A stretch of DNA of 64,000 nt from an uncultured Cryomorphaceae bacterium (GCA_964487545.1 CAZARI010000002.1:65755-129754); one strand, 5' to 3'; positions 18,863-28,444 are shown, counted from the stretch's first letter. Notes: generated by a model not told the origin, from the sequence alone. Program-made: numbers and translations.

Positions 18863-19021
18863 GCGCTTGAAGCTGGTATATCTAAGTTACGCAGAAGCAG
18901 AAAAAAAACGATGCTGGAATTTTCAACAGGATACAAACAGGTTATTAACAGTTCCGGATTGTGGGGAAAGATTAGGCTCTGACCGTCTGATGCCCATTGA
19001 AACAAATGGTGTTACTCGACC

Positions 19022-19531
19022 TTATTTTCTTTTTTGTTTATACACGGGTACGGTGGAACAAGGCTCGCCATACATGATGCTTTTGGTGACCGGTTGTAGC
19101 ACGTTAACAAGGGTAACAAATGCAGCAGCCGGAATTTTTACGTCGCCGCAGCCTTTTACTACCACCCGGGTATCCAAATAAATATCGGTGTCGAGTTGCT
19201 GTATGGCTTCGCACAACAATAGGGTTCGCATTTCGTCGGGAGTTCCGGCGTAAACGCGTCGTGCAAATGGCGAAAGTGCCGAAGCGGCAAGCATATAGGC
19301 CCAGTCAGGGATGATGGCGTCAGCCGAACAAAATACGGCTACGAACTGATCTTGATAAGTGCTCCAGTCGTTGGTTGAGATAAACTCGCGAAAATCCTTT
19401 TCCCGCAACACCATTTCCTGCCAAAGCAGGTCTTTAAGGTCGAGTACTGCGATTTCATCTTCGGGTAAAAACTCCGCCAAGTCGATGGTCATCAGTCCAC
19501 TGGAAGCCACCTTATTTATTATTTCGCTCAT
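19022..19531 (-). CDS. DUF2480-like protein (last gene of the suf cluster)
   Basis: 169 aa. 'MSEIINKVASSGLMTIDLAEFLPE...' It lies 3 nt downstream of the DUF59 gene, a position typical of DUF2480 in Bacteroidota suf operons. Confidence 0.65.
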   Translation of the reverse strand: MSEIINKVASSGLMTIDLAEFLPEDEIAVLDLKDLLWQEMVLREKDFREFISTNDWSTYQDQFVAVFCSADAIIPDWAYMLAASALSPFARRVYAGTPDEMRTLLLCEAIQQLDTDIYLDTRVVVKGCGDVKIPAAAFVTLVNVLQPVTKSIMYGEPCSTVPVYKQKRK

Positions 19532-19534
19532 TGC

Positions 19535-19855
19535 TTATAAAAATCCAAGTTCCAATTGAGCCTCTTCGCTCATCATATCCTTATTCCATGGCGGATCGAA
19601 TACTATTTCGACCTCTGCCGAAGGAACGCCTTCAATAGTAGCTACCTTTTCTTTTACTTCTGCTGGCAGGGATTCGGCCACCGGACAGTTCGGAGAAGTC
19701 AAAGTCATCAGTAAATCAATGTGGGCGTTTTCCCGAATGTTGATTTCGTAAATCAGTCCGAGTTCGTATATGTCAACAGGAATCTCCGGGTCGTAGATCG
19801 ATTTCAGTACCGCGATAACCTTATTTTCGAATACTTGTTTTTCGTGAAGATTCAT
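19535..19855 (-). CDS. SUF-system Fe-S assembly protein (DUF59/SufT-like)
   Basis: 106 aa. Conserved 'LTSPNCPVAESL' motif of the DUF59 family. Confidence 0.8.
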   Translation of the reverse strand: MNLHEKQVFENKVIAVLKSIYDPEIPVDIYELGLIYEINIRENAHIDLLMTLTSPNCPVAESLPAEVKEKVATIEGVPSAEVEIVFDPPWNKDMMSEEAQLELGFL

Positions 19856-19858
19856 ACC

Positions 19859-20308
19859 TCAATTTGATTTTGCACCCTTGGCCTGAAAGGCGAGTGCGTA
19901 TATTTTCATTTGCTTGATCATGGACACCAGCCCATTGCTGCGCGTAGGAGACAGGTGTTCCTTGAGCCCGATGTCTTCAATAAAATACAGATCGGCTTTG
20001 AGAATACTTTCGGGCGAATGACCGTTTAAAACGCGCACCAATGTGCCGATAATTCCCTTGGTGATAATCGCGTCGCTATCAGCCGAAAAAACAACCTTAC
20101 CGTCCTCCAGGTCAGCGCTTAACCACACCTGCGACTGGCATCCGCGAATCAGCAGATCATCGCCCTTTAGCTTAGGGTCAATCAGCGGAAGTTCTTTTCC
20201 TAGTGCAATCAGGTGTTCGTATTTTTCCATCCAGTCCTCAAACATCAAAAACTCTTCGGTAATTTCAGCCTGAAGTTGGTTGATATGTTCCAGATCGGTT
20301 TGTATCAT
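19859..20308 (-). CDS. sufE: SufE-like sulfur acceptor
   Basis: 149 aa. Conserved Cys in 'IRGCQSQVWL'. Confidence 0.85.
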   Translation of the reverse strand: MIQTDLEHINQLQAEITEEFLMFEDWMEKYEHLIALGKELPLIDPKLKGDDLLIRGCQSQVWLSADLEDGKVVFSADSDAIITKGIIGTLVRVLNGHSPESILKADLYFIEDIGLKEHLSPTRSNGLVSMIKQMKIYALAFQAKGAKSN

Positions 20309-20318
20309 AACAGTTTGC

Positions 20319-21572
20319 TCAGCCCAGCATTTGCTGTGCCTTTTTGATGGCCTTTACCAGTTCGTCAACTTCGCCAAACGTGTTGTAGGCCATGATGGAA
20401 ATTCTTGCTGTGCCAGATAGGCCGAAGCGATCCATCAAGGGTTGTGTGCAATGGTGTCCGGTGCGCAGGGCAATGCCCATTTGATCGAGAATAACGCCCA
20501 GATCGTAGTGGTGAATTCCTTTAAGGTTAAAAGCAATGATTCCGGCTTTTTCGTTGGTTGTGCCAAACGGCATAAAACCATCGATGGTGCGCATTTCGCG
20601 TTCGGCATATTGCAACAGTTCGTGTTCGTATGCCGCAAGTTTTTCGATTCCCGTTTCCTGCATCCACTCAACCGCAGCACCCAACCCTATTGTTCCGGCA
20701 ATGTTAGGCGTGCCGGCTTCGTATTTAAATGGAAGCTTGTTGTAGGTGGTGTGTTCAAAGGTTACGTGCGCTATCATCTCTCCACCTCCGCGGTAGGGCG
20801 GTAACGAGTCGAGCAAATCGTATTTGCCATAGAGAACACCAATTCCGGTGGGACCATACATTTTGTGCCCCGAAAACACATAAAAATCACAGCCGAGCTC
20901 CTGCACATTAACTGGACAGTGAGCCACGGCCTGTGCACCGTCAATAAGCGTTAGCGCACCTGCTTTCTGCGCCAAGGTGATGATGTCCTTTACGGGATTT
21001 ATGGTTCCGAGTGAATTGGAAATATGTACTGCTGCAACCATCTTGGTGCGTTCGCTGAGCAGTTCGCAATAGTGATCCATATCCAACGCTCCATCATCAT
21101 GAACGCGACAAACTTTGAGTACCGCCCCACTGCGCTCGCATGCCAGTTGCCATGGAACAATGTTGGAATGATGCTCCATTTCGGTGATGAGAATTTCATC
21201 ACCCGGGCGAAGCATATTGTGCGACAAAACCGTGCTGACCAGATTGATTGCATCGGTAGTGCCGCTGGTGAAAATGACTTCCTCTTCGCGCGAAGCGCCA
21301 ATAAAGTTAGCCACTTTTCTGCGCGCTTCTTCGCCGGCATTAGTGGCTTTCTGACTCAGAAAATGCACCCCGCGGTGAACATTGCTGTTGTACTCTTTGT
21401 AGTAGTCGGAAATAGCGTCGATGACCAGATGTGGCTTTTGAGATGTGGCAGCATTGTCCAGATAAATGAGGCGTTTTCCGTGTGCTTTTTGTTGAAGCAA
21501 CGGAAACTGGTCTCTCACTTTTTTGGCGAAATCTGCCAATTGAACTGGGCTTGTCACATCAATTTGCATCAC
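20319..21572 (-). CDS. sufS: Cysteine desulfurase SufS
   Basis: 417 aa. PLP-lysine region 'FSGHKMYGPTGIG' and catalytic Cys loop 'RTGHHCTQP'. Confidence 0.95.
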   Translation of the reverse strand: MMQIDVTSPVQLADFAKKVRDQFPLLQQKAHGKRLIYLDNAATSQKPHLVIDAISDYYKEYNSNVHRGVHFLSQKATNAGEEARRKVANFIGASREEEVIFTSGTTDAINLVSTVLSHNMLRPGDEILITEMEHHSNIVPWQLACERSGAVLKVCRVHDDGALDMDHYCELLSERTKMVAAVHISNSLGTINPVKDIITLAQKAGALTLIDGAQAVAHCPVNVQELGCDFYVFSGHKMYGPTGIGVLYGKYDLLDSLPPYRGGGEMIAHVTFEHTTYNKLPFKYEAGTPNIAGTIGLGAAVEWMQETGIEKLAAYEHELLQYAEREMRTIDGFMPFGTTNEKAGIIAFNLKGIHHYDLGVILDQMGIALRTGHHCTQPLMDRFGLSGTARISIMAYNTFGEVDELVKAIKKAQQMLG

Positions 21573-22828
21573 AGATCTAAATTATTTATCAGGTGATTTC
21601 TTACCGCGTCATGTTCGATCTGATCGAGCACTTCGCCTGCAAAAGCACCGAGAAGCATTTTTTGTGCTTCGGATTTTCCGATAGCGCGCGACTGCAGGTA
21701 GAAAATGGCTTCTTCGTCCATTTGGCCGGTAGTTGAACCGTGGCTGCATTTCACATCGTCGGCATAAATTTCAAGTTCCGGTTTGGAATAAATCTGTGCA
21801 TCGTTAGAAAGCAGCAGATTGTTGTTTTGCTGAAACGCGTTGGTTTTCTGAGCATCCTGACGCACATTTACTTTTCCGTTAAAAACGCCGGTGCTTTCAT
21901 CACTCAGAATGTATTTGTACAATTCCGAAGTGTCGCAGTGGGCTACGGCGTGGTCAACAAAAGTGTTGTTATCGACGTGTTGTTTTCCATTGAGCTGACA
22001 CAGCCCGTTGAGACGTGCAAACGCATTACTTCCGGCCATTTTAATATAGAGGTTGTTGCGGATCCACCCGGTGTACTTAGGTATGGTGACAATGGAAAAA
22101 TGTCCACCGCCATCTACTCGTGCGTAGTCTGCACTGTGGTGAAAACGTGATTCAGGTTCAAATTCCATTTTAAACCAATCGAGACGTGCGTTTTCAGCTA
22201 TAAAAACTTCGGATACTGCATTGGTAAAACCGGCGGCATTTCCCTCAAATGTCTGGGCAATTGCAGCTTTTGAACCCTTGCCAACGTTGACCAGAATGCG
22301 GGGCTGGCTCATGCTGTTTTCTCCTTCTGCCCAATGACCGATGTGAATCAGGGGAGCAACAACAGTGTTTGCGGGGATATTCAAAGAAACCGTTTCGGGG
22401 CAGAAGGCGGTGTTGATGGCGTCCAGGATGCGCATTTTGGGTTGAGCCAGCGCGTTGAATTTATCTGGAAAATCGGTTTGGGCGGCAGCAATAGACATGG
22501 TGACGCCTTCCGGTAGACGGTCGCTGAGTGCAGCGTTGAAAATGCCGTTCACAAAAATGAGTTTTACCACTTGTTCATCGGCGATAGTCGAAATCTGCGG
22601 TGAAGGCTGTGCGGGCTGCTGAAAGGTAAAGCTATTTCGGGTTAGTCGCCCCAACCGTGTGTATTTCCAGAACTCATTTTTAGTGTCTGGAAAAGGCTGG
22701 TTCTCAAGGTCTGATAGGGCGGTAGCACTTTGCTGACGACCGACGGCGCCAAACAATGCCTTGTAGGAGTCGGCAATGGCTTGGACAAAAGCAGTATCAG
22801 CGGCACTTGTGACGGTTTTTATGCTCAT
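21569..22828 (-). CDS. sufD: Fe-S cluster assembly protein SufD
   Basis: 419 aa. C-terminal 'VKCSHGSTTGQMDEEAIFYLQSRAI' is typical of SufD. 4-nt overlaps with both sufC and sufS. Confidence 0.9.
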   Translation of the reverse strand: MSIKTVTSAADTAFVQAIADSYKALFGAVGRQQSATALSDLENQPFPDTKNEFWKYTRLGRLTRNSFTFQQPAQPSPQISTIADEQVVKLIFVNGIFNAALSDRLPEGVTMSIAAAQTDFPDKFNALAQPKMRILDAINTAFCPETVSLNIPANTVVAPLIHIGHWAEGENSMSQPRILVNVGKGSKAAIAQTFEGNAAGFTNAVSEVFIAENARLDWFKMEFEPESRFHHSADYARVDGGGHFSIVTIPKYTGWIRNNLYIKMAGSNAFARLNGLCQLNGKQHVDNNTFVDHAVAHCDTSELYKYILSDESTGVFNGKVNVRQDAQKTNAFQQNNNLLLSNDAQIYSKPELEIYADDVKCSHGSTTGQMDEEAIFYLQSRAIGKSEAQKMLLGAFAGEVLDQIEHDAVRNHLINNLDL

Positions 22829-23583
22829 ACTTCAATGTTTATGTCGTCCTTAATCCAATCGTATCCTTGCTCTTCGAGTTTGAGTGCGAGTTCTTTTGGA
22901 CCGGTTTTTACAATCTTTCCTTCGTGAAGAACGTGCACAAAATCGGGAACGATATAATCCAGTAGTCGTTGATAGTGGGTGATGATAATAAACGACCGGT
23001 TGGCCGAACGCATGCTGTTCACTCCTTCGGCTACCACCCGCAGCGCATCGATATCCAGCCCTGAGTCGGTTTCGTCAAGGATGGCCAGTTTCGGATCGAG
23101 CATGGCCATCTGGAAAATTTCGTTGCGTTTTTTCTCTCCCCCCGAAAACCCTTCATTTAATGACCGGTTGGCGAGGCGGCCATCGAGCTGAACCAAAGTA
23201 GATTTTTCTTTCACCATTTTCAGAAAGTCACCAGCAGATAGTTTGTCTAAGCCACGGTATTCCCGCACTTCGTTAACTGCTGCTTTCAAAAAATTGATGT
23301 TGCTCACTCCTGGGATTTCAACGGGATATTGAAACGCGAGAAAGACACCTTCTCTGGCGCGCTCTTCGGGAGCCATCTCCAGCAGGTTGTTGTCCAGAAA
23401 CTGCACATCTCCTTGGGTGACCTCGAATTCTTCGCGGCCTGCCAGCACGGAGGCCAGGGTGCTTTTTCCGGAGCCATTGGGTCCCATAATCGCGTGAACT
23501 TCTCCCGGTTTTACCGAAAGGTTGAGCCCTTTAAGGATTTCATTTCCTTCAATAAGGGCGTGTAAATTATTGATTTCTAACAT
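22825..23583 (-). CDS. sufC: Fe-S cluster assembly ATPase SufC
   Basis: 252 aa. Walker A 'GPNGSGKST', signature 'FSGGEKKR', Walker B 'LAILDETDSGLD'. Confidence 0.95.
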   Translation of the reverse strand: MLEINNLHALIEGNEILKGLNLSVKPGEVHAIMGPNGSGKSTLASVLAGREEFEVTQGDVQFLDNNLLEMAPEERAREGVFLAFQYPVEIPGVSNINFLKAAVNEVREYRGLDKLSAGDFLKMVKEKSTLVQLDGRLANRSLNEGFSGGEKKRNEIFQMAMLDPKLAILDETDSGLDIDALRVVAEGVNSMRSANRSFIIITHYQRLLDYIVPDFVHVLHEGKIVKTGPKELALKLEEQGYDWIKDDINIEV

Positions 23584-23597
23584 TTATTCTCTTATGA

Positions 23598-25049
23598 TTA
23601 TCCAACACTGCCTTCGAGCGAAATGGCGAGCAATTTTTGCGCTTCCACTGCAAACTCCATGGGCAACTTATTTAATACTTCTTTCGCATAGCCGTTCACG
23701 ATCAGGCTGATGGCTTTTTCTTCATCAAGTCCGCGTTGCAGGCAGTAAAAAATCTGGTCTTCACCAATTTTAGAAGTGGTGGCTTCGTGTTCTACTTTTC
23801 CGGTGGGGTTTCCCACTTCGATATACGGAAAGGTGTGGGCACCACATTTGTCACCCATCAGTAGTGAATCGCATTGTGAGAAGTTGCGGGCGTGTTGGGC
23901 TTTTTTGTTGATTTTGACCAACCCCCGATACGAATTCTGGCTTTGTCCGGCAGAAATCCCCTTCGAAATAATGGTGCTTTTGGTATGCTTGCCGATGTGA
24001 ATCATCTTGGTTCCGGTATCGGCCTGCTGGTGGTTGTTCGTTACCGCTACTGAGTAGAACTCTCCTACCGAATAATCGCCCTTTAAAATGCACGACGGGT
24101 ATTTCCATGTCACCGCAGATCCGGTTTCTACCTGTGTCCACGAAATTTTTGAACGTTCACCCTCGCACAACCCTCGCTTGGTTACGAAGTTAAATACGCC
24201 ACCCTTCCCCTGGGCATCACCCGGAAACCAGTTTTGTACGGTAGAGTATTTGATTTCGGCACCTTTCAGCGAGATCAGCTCAACCACGGCGGCGTGAAGC
24301 TGATTCTCATCGCGGGAAGGAGCGGTGCAGCCTTCGAGATAACTCACAAAACTGTCTTCGTCGGCAATCACCAACGTGCGTTCAAACTGTCCGGTGCCCG
24401 CTTCGTTAATTCGGAAATAGGTAGAGAGCTCCATTGGGCATCTAACGCCTTTGGGGATGTAGCAAAAAGATCCGTCGGTGAAAACGGCAGAATTAAGCGC
24501 CGCATAGAAGTTGTCGTTTTGTGGTACTACCGAACCGAGATATTTTTTGACCAGCTCTGGGTGTTCCAGAACGGCCTCACTAAACGAGCAAAAGATGATG
24601 CCAAGCTCGCCCAGTTTCTTTTTGAACGTTGTGGCTACAGACACACTGTCCATTACAAAGTCGACTGCCACACCGGTGAGCCGTTTTTGTTCTTCGAGAG
24701 AAATACCCAATCGTTCCATCGTCTTTAACAACTCCGGATCTACCTCATCCAAGCTGTCTAAAACAGGTTTTTGCTTCGGTGCGGCGTAGTATGTGATTTC
24801 CTGAAAGCTGGGCTTTTCGTACTTAACATGTGCCCATTCTGGCTCTTCCATTTCCAGCCATTTCCGATAGGCCTGAAGTCGCCATTCCAACATCCACTCT
24901 GGTTCGTTCTTTTTGGAAGAGATGATTCTGATAATGTCTTCATTCAGCCCTTTGGGTGCCCGGTCTGATTCGATATCGGTGGTAAAGCCAAAGGCATATT
25001 CTCGGCTGGTGACTTCCTCTAATAATTTATCTTCTTCGCTTTGTGACAT
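23598..25049 (-). CDS. sufB: Fe-S cluster assembly scaffold SufB
   Basis: 483 aa. Its length and the conserved C-terminal region 'AHTFPYIEV...[16 protein letters not shown]' are typical of SufB. Confidence 0.95.
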   Translation of the reverse strand: MSQSEEDKLLEEVTSREYAFGFTTDIESDRAPKGLNEDIIRIISSKKNEPEWMLEWRLQAYRKWLEMEEPEWAHVKYEKPSFQEITYYAAPKQKPVLDSLDEVDPELLKTMERLGISLEEQKRLTGVAVDFVMDSVSVATTFKKKLGELGIIFCSFSEAVLEHPELVKKYLGSVVPQNDNFYAALNSAVFTDGSFCYIPKGVRCPMELSTYFRINEAGTGQFERTLVIADEDSFVSYLEGCTAPSRDENQLHAAVVELISLKGAEIKYSTVQNWFPGDAQGKGGVFNFVTKRGLCEGERSKISWTQVETGSAVTWKYPSCILKGDYSVGEFYSVAVTNNHQQADTGTKMIHIGKHTKSTIISKGISAGQSQNSYRGLVKINKKAQHARNFSQCDSLLMGDKCGAHTFPYIEVGNPTGKVEHEATTSKIGEDQIFYCLQRGLDEEKAISLIVNGYAKEVLNKLPMEFAVEAQKLLAISLEGSVG

Positions 25050-25067
25050 TCTTTATGGTTTCCGTTT

Positions 25068-25394
25068 TTAGATAGAAAAGCTTTCACCACATCCACAGGT
25101 GCGTGATGCGTTGGGGTTAACGAAAACAAATCCTTTTCCGTTCAGCCCCCCAGTGTATTGTAGCTCGGTTCCAACCAGGTAGAGAAAACTCTTCTTATCT
25201 ACAACCACCTTTACTCCGTTATCTTCAAATATTTTATCACTTTCTTTAAGCTCTGTATCAAAGCTGAGGTTGTACATTAAGCCGGAGCATCCGCCGCCCT
25301 GTACACCAACGCGCAGAAATGATTCACGAGAGTATTCCTCTGAGCTGAGAATTTTTTCAACCTGTAGACGCGCGTTGTCGTTTACTTTAATCAT
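25068..25394 (-). CDS. IscA/HesB-type Fe-S carrier (SufA-like), first gene of the suf operon
   Basis: 108 aa. Contains 'GGGCSG' and the C-terminal 'CGCGESF'. Confidence 0.9.
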   Translation of the reverse strand: MIKVNDNARLQVEKILSSEEYSRESFLRVGVQGGGCSGLMYNLSFDTELKESDKIFEDNGVKVVVDKKSFLYLVGTELQYTGGLNGKGFVFVNPNASRTCGCGESFSI

Positions 25395-25431
25395 GGTTAT
25401 AATGCTTGTTTAAACCCTGTGACTGGTGTTA

Positions 25432-25450
25432 ATTTAGATTAATTCTAAAT
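25432..25450. promoter_or_regulatory. Palindrome ATTTAGA-TTAAT-TCTAAAT in the suf leader (candidate operator)
   Basis: Perfect 7-bp inverted arms with a 5-bp spacer. It lies between the predicted suf -7 box (25468-25475) and the iscA-like start codon (25394). Confidence 0.4.
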
Positions 25451-25467
25451 AGAGTTGATTTTATCGG

Positions 25468-25497
25468 CAAAGGTACCGAAAATATGACGAATTGCAA
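25468..25497 (-). promoter_or_regulatory. Predicted suf operon promoter (TTG-N19-TACCTTTG)
   Basis: On the minus strand, TTG at 25497-25495 and TACCTTTG at 25475-25468 fit the Bacteroidetes -33/-7 consensus and spacing. Confidence 0.5.
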
Positions 25498-25611
25498 GAA
25501 TCCTATCGCTTGTTTCTGGTATTTAAGATGAAAACGTCCTTTTTATAGACCAATTCCTTTGGTCAATGAATGTTGACGGTTTCGATAACCCAATTAATGC
25601 GCATTTAACTG

Positions 25612-25619
25612 TAATTTTG
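25612..25619 (+). promoter_or_regulatory. -7 box (TAATTTTG) immediately upstream of thiL
   Basis: TAnnTTTG match ending 4 nt before the thiL ATG (25624), which implies a leaderless or near-leaderless transcript. No well-spaced -33 TTG. Confidence 0.35.
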
Positions 25620-25623
25620 CATT

Positions 25624-26667
25624 ATGTTCGACAACAGAGAAACGACACCGCTATCTACCCTGGGTGAATTTGGGCTCATAGACCATTTGACTGCCGGCTT
25701 AAAACCGATCAACCCATCAACACTTAAGGGGGTGGGCGACGATGCTGCTGTAATATTAGCTGGTGATGAAGTGCTGGTAATGACTACCGATATGCTCGTC
25801 GAAGGGATTCATTTTGATGTGTCTTATACTCCGTTAAAACACCTTGGGTATAAGGCGGTGGTGGTAAACCTGTCTGACGTGTATGCCATGAATGCCCGTC
25901 CAGAACAAATTACCGTTTCTCTGGCAATATCCAGCAAATACACACTCGAAGCGCTCGAAGAGCTCTATGGCGGAATGCGTTATGCCGCCGAAAAATACGG
26001 GGTGGATATCGTGGGCGGCGACACCACATCATCGACAATGGGATTAGTGATCAGTGTTACGGCAATTGGTAGAACAAAACCCCAAAATGTGGTTTACCGC
26101 GACGGCGCGCAAGTTAATGATATTGTGGTGGTGAGCGGTGATTTAGGTGCGGCATACATGGGGCTTCAAATTTTGGAGCGTGAAAAGCAAGTGTTTAAAT
26201 CTGCTCCGGGGGCTCAACCCGATCTTGAAGGGAACGACTACCTGTTAGAACGACAACTCAAACCCGAAGCGCGAGCGGATGTGATCCGGTTTTTTGATAA
26301 AATTGGGGTTAAACCCACCTCGATGATCGATATCAGCGATGGATTGGCCTCGGAACTGCTGCACCTCTGCAATCGATCCAAAGTGGGTTGTACTATTTAC
26401 GAAGAAAAAATCCCGATAGATCCGTTGACGTATGACCGGGCCAGGGAATTTCGTCTCGACCCTACAACCTGTACGATGAACGGCGGTGAAGATTATGAGT
26501 TGTTGTGTACGATTCCGGTTGCGGATTGGGATAAAATCAAAAACGATCCCAATCTGACGGCCATTGGATTTATTACAGACGAAAATTCGGGTGCGCAGCT
26601 CATTTCGCGTTCGCAAACCCAGCACTCGATTAAAGCACAGGGCTGGGACGCACTTCGGGATAATTAA
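25624..26667 (+). CDS. thiL: Thiamine-monophosphate kinase
   Basis: 347 aa. AIR-synthase-related motifs 'GVGDDAAVI' and 'IVGGDTTSS'. Confidence 0.9.
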   Translation: MFDNRETTPLSTLGEFGLIDHLTAGLKPINPSTLKGVGDDAAVILAGDEVLVMTTDMLVEGIHFDVSYTPLKHLGYKAVVVNLSDVYAMNARPEQITVSLAISSKYTLEALEELYGGMRYAAEKYGVDIVGGDTTSSTMGLVISVTAIGRTKPQNVVYRDGAQVNDIVVVSGDLGAAYMGLQILEREKQVFKSAPGAQPDLEGNDYLLERQLKPEARADVIRFFDKIGVKPTSMIDISDGLASELLHLCNRSKVGCTIYEEKIPIDPLTYDRAREFRLDPTTCTMNGGEDYELLCTIPVADWDKIKNDPNLTAIGFITDENSGAQLISRSQTQHSIKAQGWDALRDN

Positions 26668-28211
26668 ACCGGCATGCGTGCTTTTTCGGCAACCAGTTCG
26701 CGAAAGGGTATCTTTTTTACTTTGCTTTCTGCCCAACAAATAAAATCGAACTGCTCAAGGGCCGAACTTTCAAACGGATCGTCTTTTAGCGGTTCCAGTG
26801 ATTGGGCCAGCGAGGCATACACTTTTTCGAGATCTTCTGGTTCCTTGGCCTTCAAAGCCTCACTGATAAAATGAAGCATAATAGTTTCAAATTTATAAAC
26901 CCGGTTTCGTGTTTCAAGATAGCGCGAGGTTGACTTTAAGGTGTAGGGAATCAGGTCGTTGTTTCCTAGTTCTAGGTGAATGATCAGATTCATTAATTGA
27001 GCAAAACAATGAATATCTTCACTTTTGTCGATGTCAATATTATTGAGCAGTTCGTTTATCCACTTAAGGGCCTTAGTATACATTCCCGCTCCGAAATAAA
27101 GAATAGCAATACTGAAGTAAAATGAAGCCTTTCGCACCGAGCTCATTTTGTGCTGGTACTTTTCCAGACCGGTTTCAACTTCGTTGATGATGGCCAACCC
27201 TTTTTCAAATTCTCCGGTAAGGGCATACCAGGCCAGCTCTATGCTGTATGCAGAATTAAAAATGCGGATGTCGAGATTTTCATTGGAGTTGATGACCAGC
27301 TTTTCGGGTACTTTCCGTAGTGTTTTCAGATATTTAAAAGCCTCATCATATTTTTTGAGTTGCATGCCCACGTAAATGGCGTTGGTCAATACAGAGACGT
27401 AGGTGTTGGGCTCCTCCTGAAATTGTAGGTATTTGCTTTCAATGAGTTGAATGTTTTTTTTGAGAAATTCATAGCAATTCTTGTCATCTCCTGTGCCGAA
27501 ATAATAAGCGCTGTAAATATGGAAATACAGATACCGTGACTGGGTGCATAGCTCAATGTCTTTGCGGTGGAGCAATGTGTTGTCTATAATTTGCTTAAAA
27601 TGATTCATCTCTTCTTCTGATCGTGCCTTACCCTTTCGGAAAAGAATGTTGAACAGGTGACTCTTCACGTTCCAGTATTCGTTATACACTTCGATGAGCT
27701 TTGCTATTCGCTGGTCTTCTTTAAGAATCTCGTCGATGTCGGTTACCGATACACCTTCGTAATTGTCCTTTTCAACCAGCATCTTTTCCCAATTCAGAAT
27801 TTCGATTAGTGTGGTGTGCTTTTCGTGCTTGTAGGCCAGTCGCTTGGCGCCTTTCAGCATTTTGTAACTTTGTTCATATAGCGATTTTTTATAGAAAATC
27901 TCTACTGCGTGCAGCAATCTTTGCAGTTCGGCATCGATAGAGCTATTGGCGTGAAAGGCATCCAGACTGCGTATAATTGTAGTGTACAGTCTGTTTTTTG
28001 TAATGGCAAAACGTTTTACAAAGGGTGTATCGCAAAATTTTTTCTTCAAGGCCTCTTCATCATATTGCTCTTGTTTCTCGATAGCCTGAAATAATTGCAT
28101 GTAGTTGGAGCCCGAGCCGTGCCTCGAAACATATACCTTAAAATACCTTTTTTCGGGCTTGGTCAACGACTTAATCAGGTGAAAAAGATGATCAGAAGCT
28201 CTATTGGACAT
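26664..28211 (-). CDS. Hypothetical all-helical, TPR-like repeat protein
   Basis: 515 aa, no signal peptide. N-terminal 'DHLFHLIKSLTKPEKRYFKVYVSRHGSGSNYMQLFQAIEKQ' is followed by repeated helical hairpins (for example 'YDEAFKYLKTLRKV', 'YTKALKWINELLNN'). AT-rich gene. Its end overlaps the thiL end by 4 nt (convergent). Confidence 0.6.
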   Translation of the reverse strand: MSNRASDHLFHLIKSLTKPEKRYFKVYVSRHGSGSNYMQLFQAIEKQEQYDEEALKKKFCDTPFVKRFAITKNRLYTTIIRSLDAFHANSSIDAELQRLLHAVEIFYKKSLYEQSYKMLKGAKRLAYKHEKHTTLIEILNWEKMLVEKDNYEGVSVTDIDEILKEDQRIAKLIEVYNEYWNVKSHLFNILFRKGKARSEEEMNHFKQIIDNTLLHRKDIELCTQSRYLYFHIYSAYYFGTGDDKNCYEFLKKNIQLIESKYLQFQEEPNTYVSVLTNAIYVGMQLKKYDEAFKYLKTLRKVPEKLVINSNENLDIRIFNSAYSIELAWYALTGEFEKGLAIINEVETGLEKYQHKMSSVRKASFYFSIAILYFGAGMYTKALKWINELLNNIDIDKSEDIHCFAQLMNLIIHLELGNNDLIPYTLKSTSRYLETRNRVYKFETIMLHFISEALKAKEPEDLEKVYASLAQSLEPLKDDPFESSALEQFDFICWAESKVKKIPFRELVAEKARMPV

Positions 28212-28280
28212 GTATATTATTGTGAAATTTTTATTGTTCAGTCTTTGGCCTTGGAACCTTAATTTGTGACAAGTCAGTCA

Positions 28281-28304
28281 AAAGACGAATGGCCCGAAGG
28301 CCAT
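28281..28304 (-). terminator. Putative terminator ending the TCS/lipoprotein operon
   Basis: On the minus strand: ATGGCC-TTCG-GGCCAT followed by TCGTCTTTT. It lies downstream of the 28445-28822 gene and upstream of the 26664-28211 gene. Confidence 0.45.
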
Positions 28305-28444
28305 AACACATGGGGTTCAGACGTAAATGTCACGCCCTATAAGATACTGAAAAAAGCAGAAGGATGGTAATAGAGCTGTTGGAAAAGTACAGCTAAAAAG
28401 AAGCGGTAGAACTGTGATTATTGGAAAGAAAAAAGAGGGGGGAG

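Noticed and set aside
25395-25623. Possible TPP riboswitch upstream of thiL. I also looked for a T-box or leader upstream of gltX and a ribozyme upstream of glmS.
   Set aside because: None of the conserved cores was found (for example the CUGAGA / ACCUGAUCUGGAUAAUGCCAGCG elements of the TPP riboswitch). These elements are also not expected for these genes in Bacteroidota.
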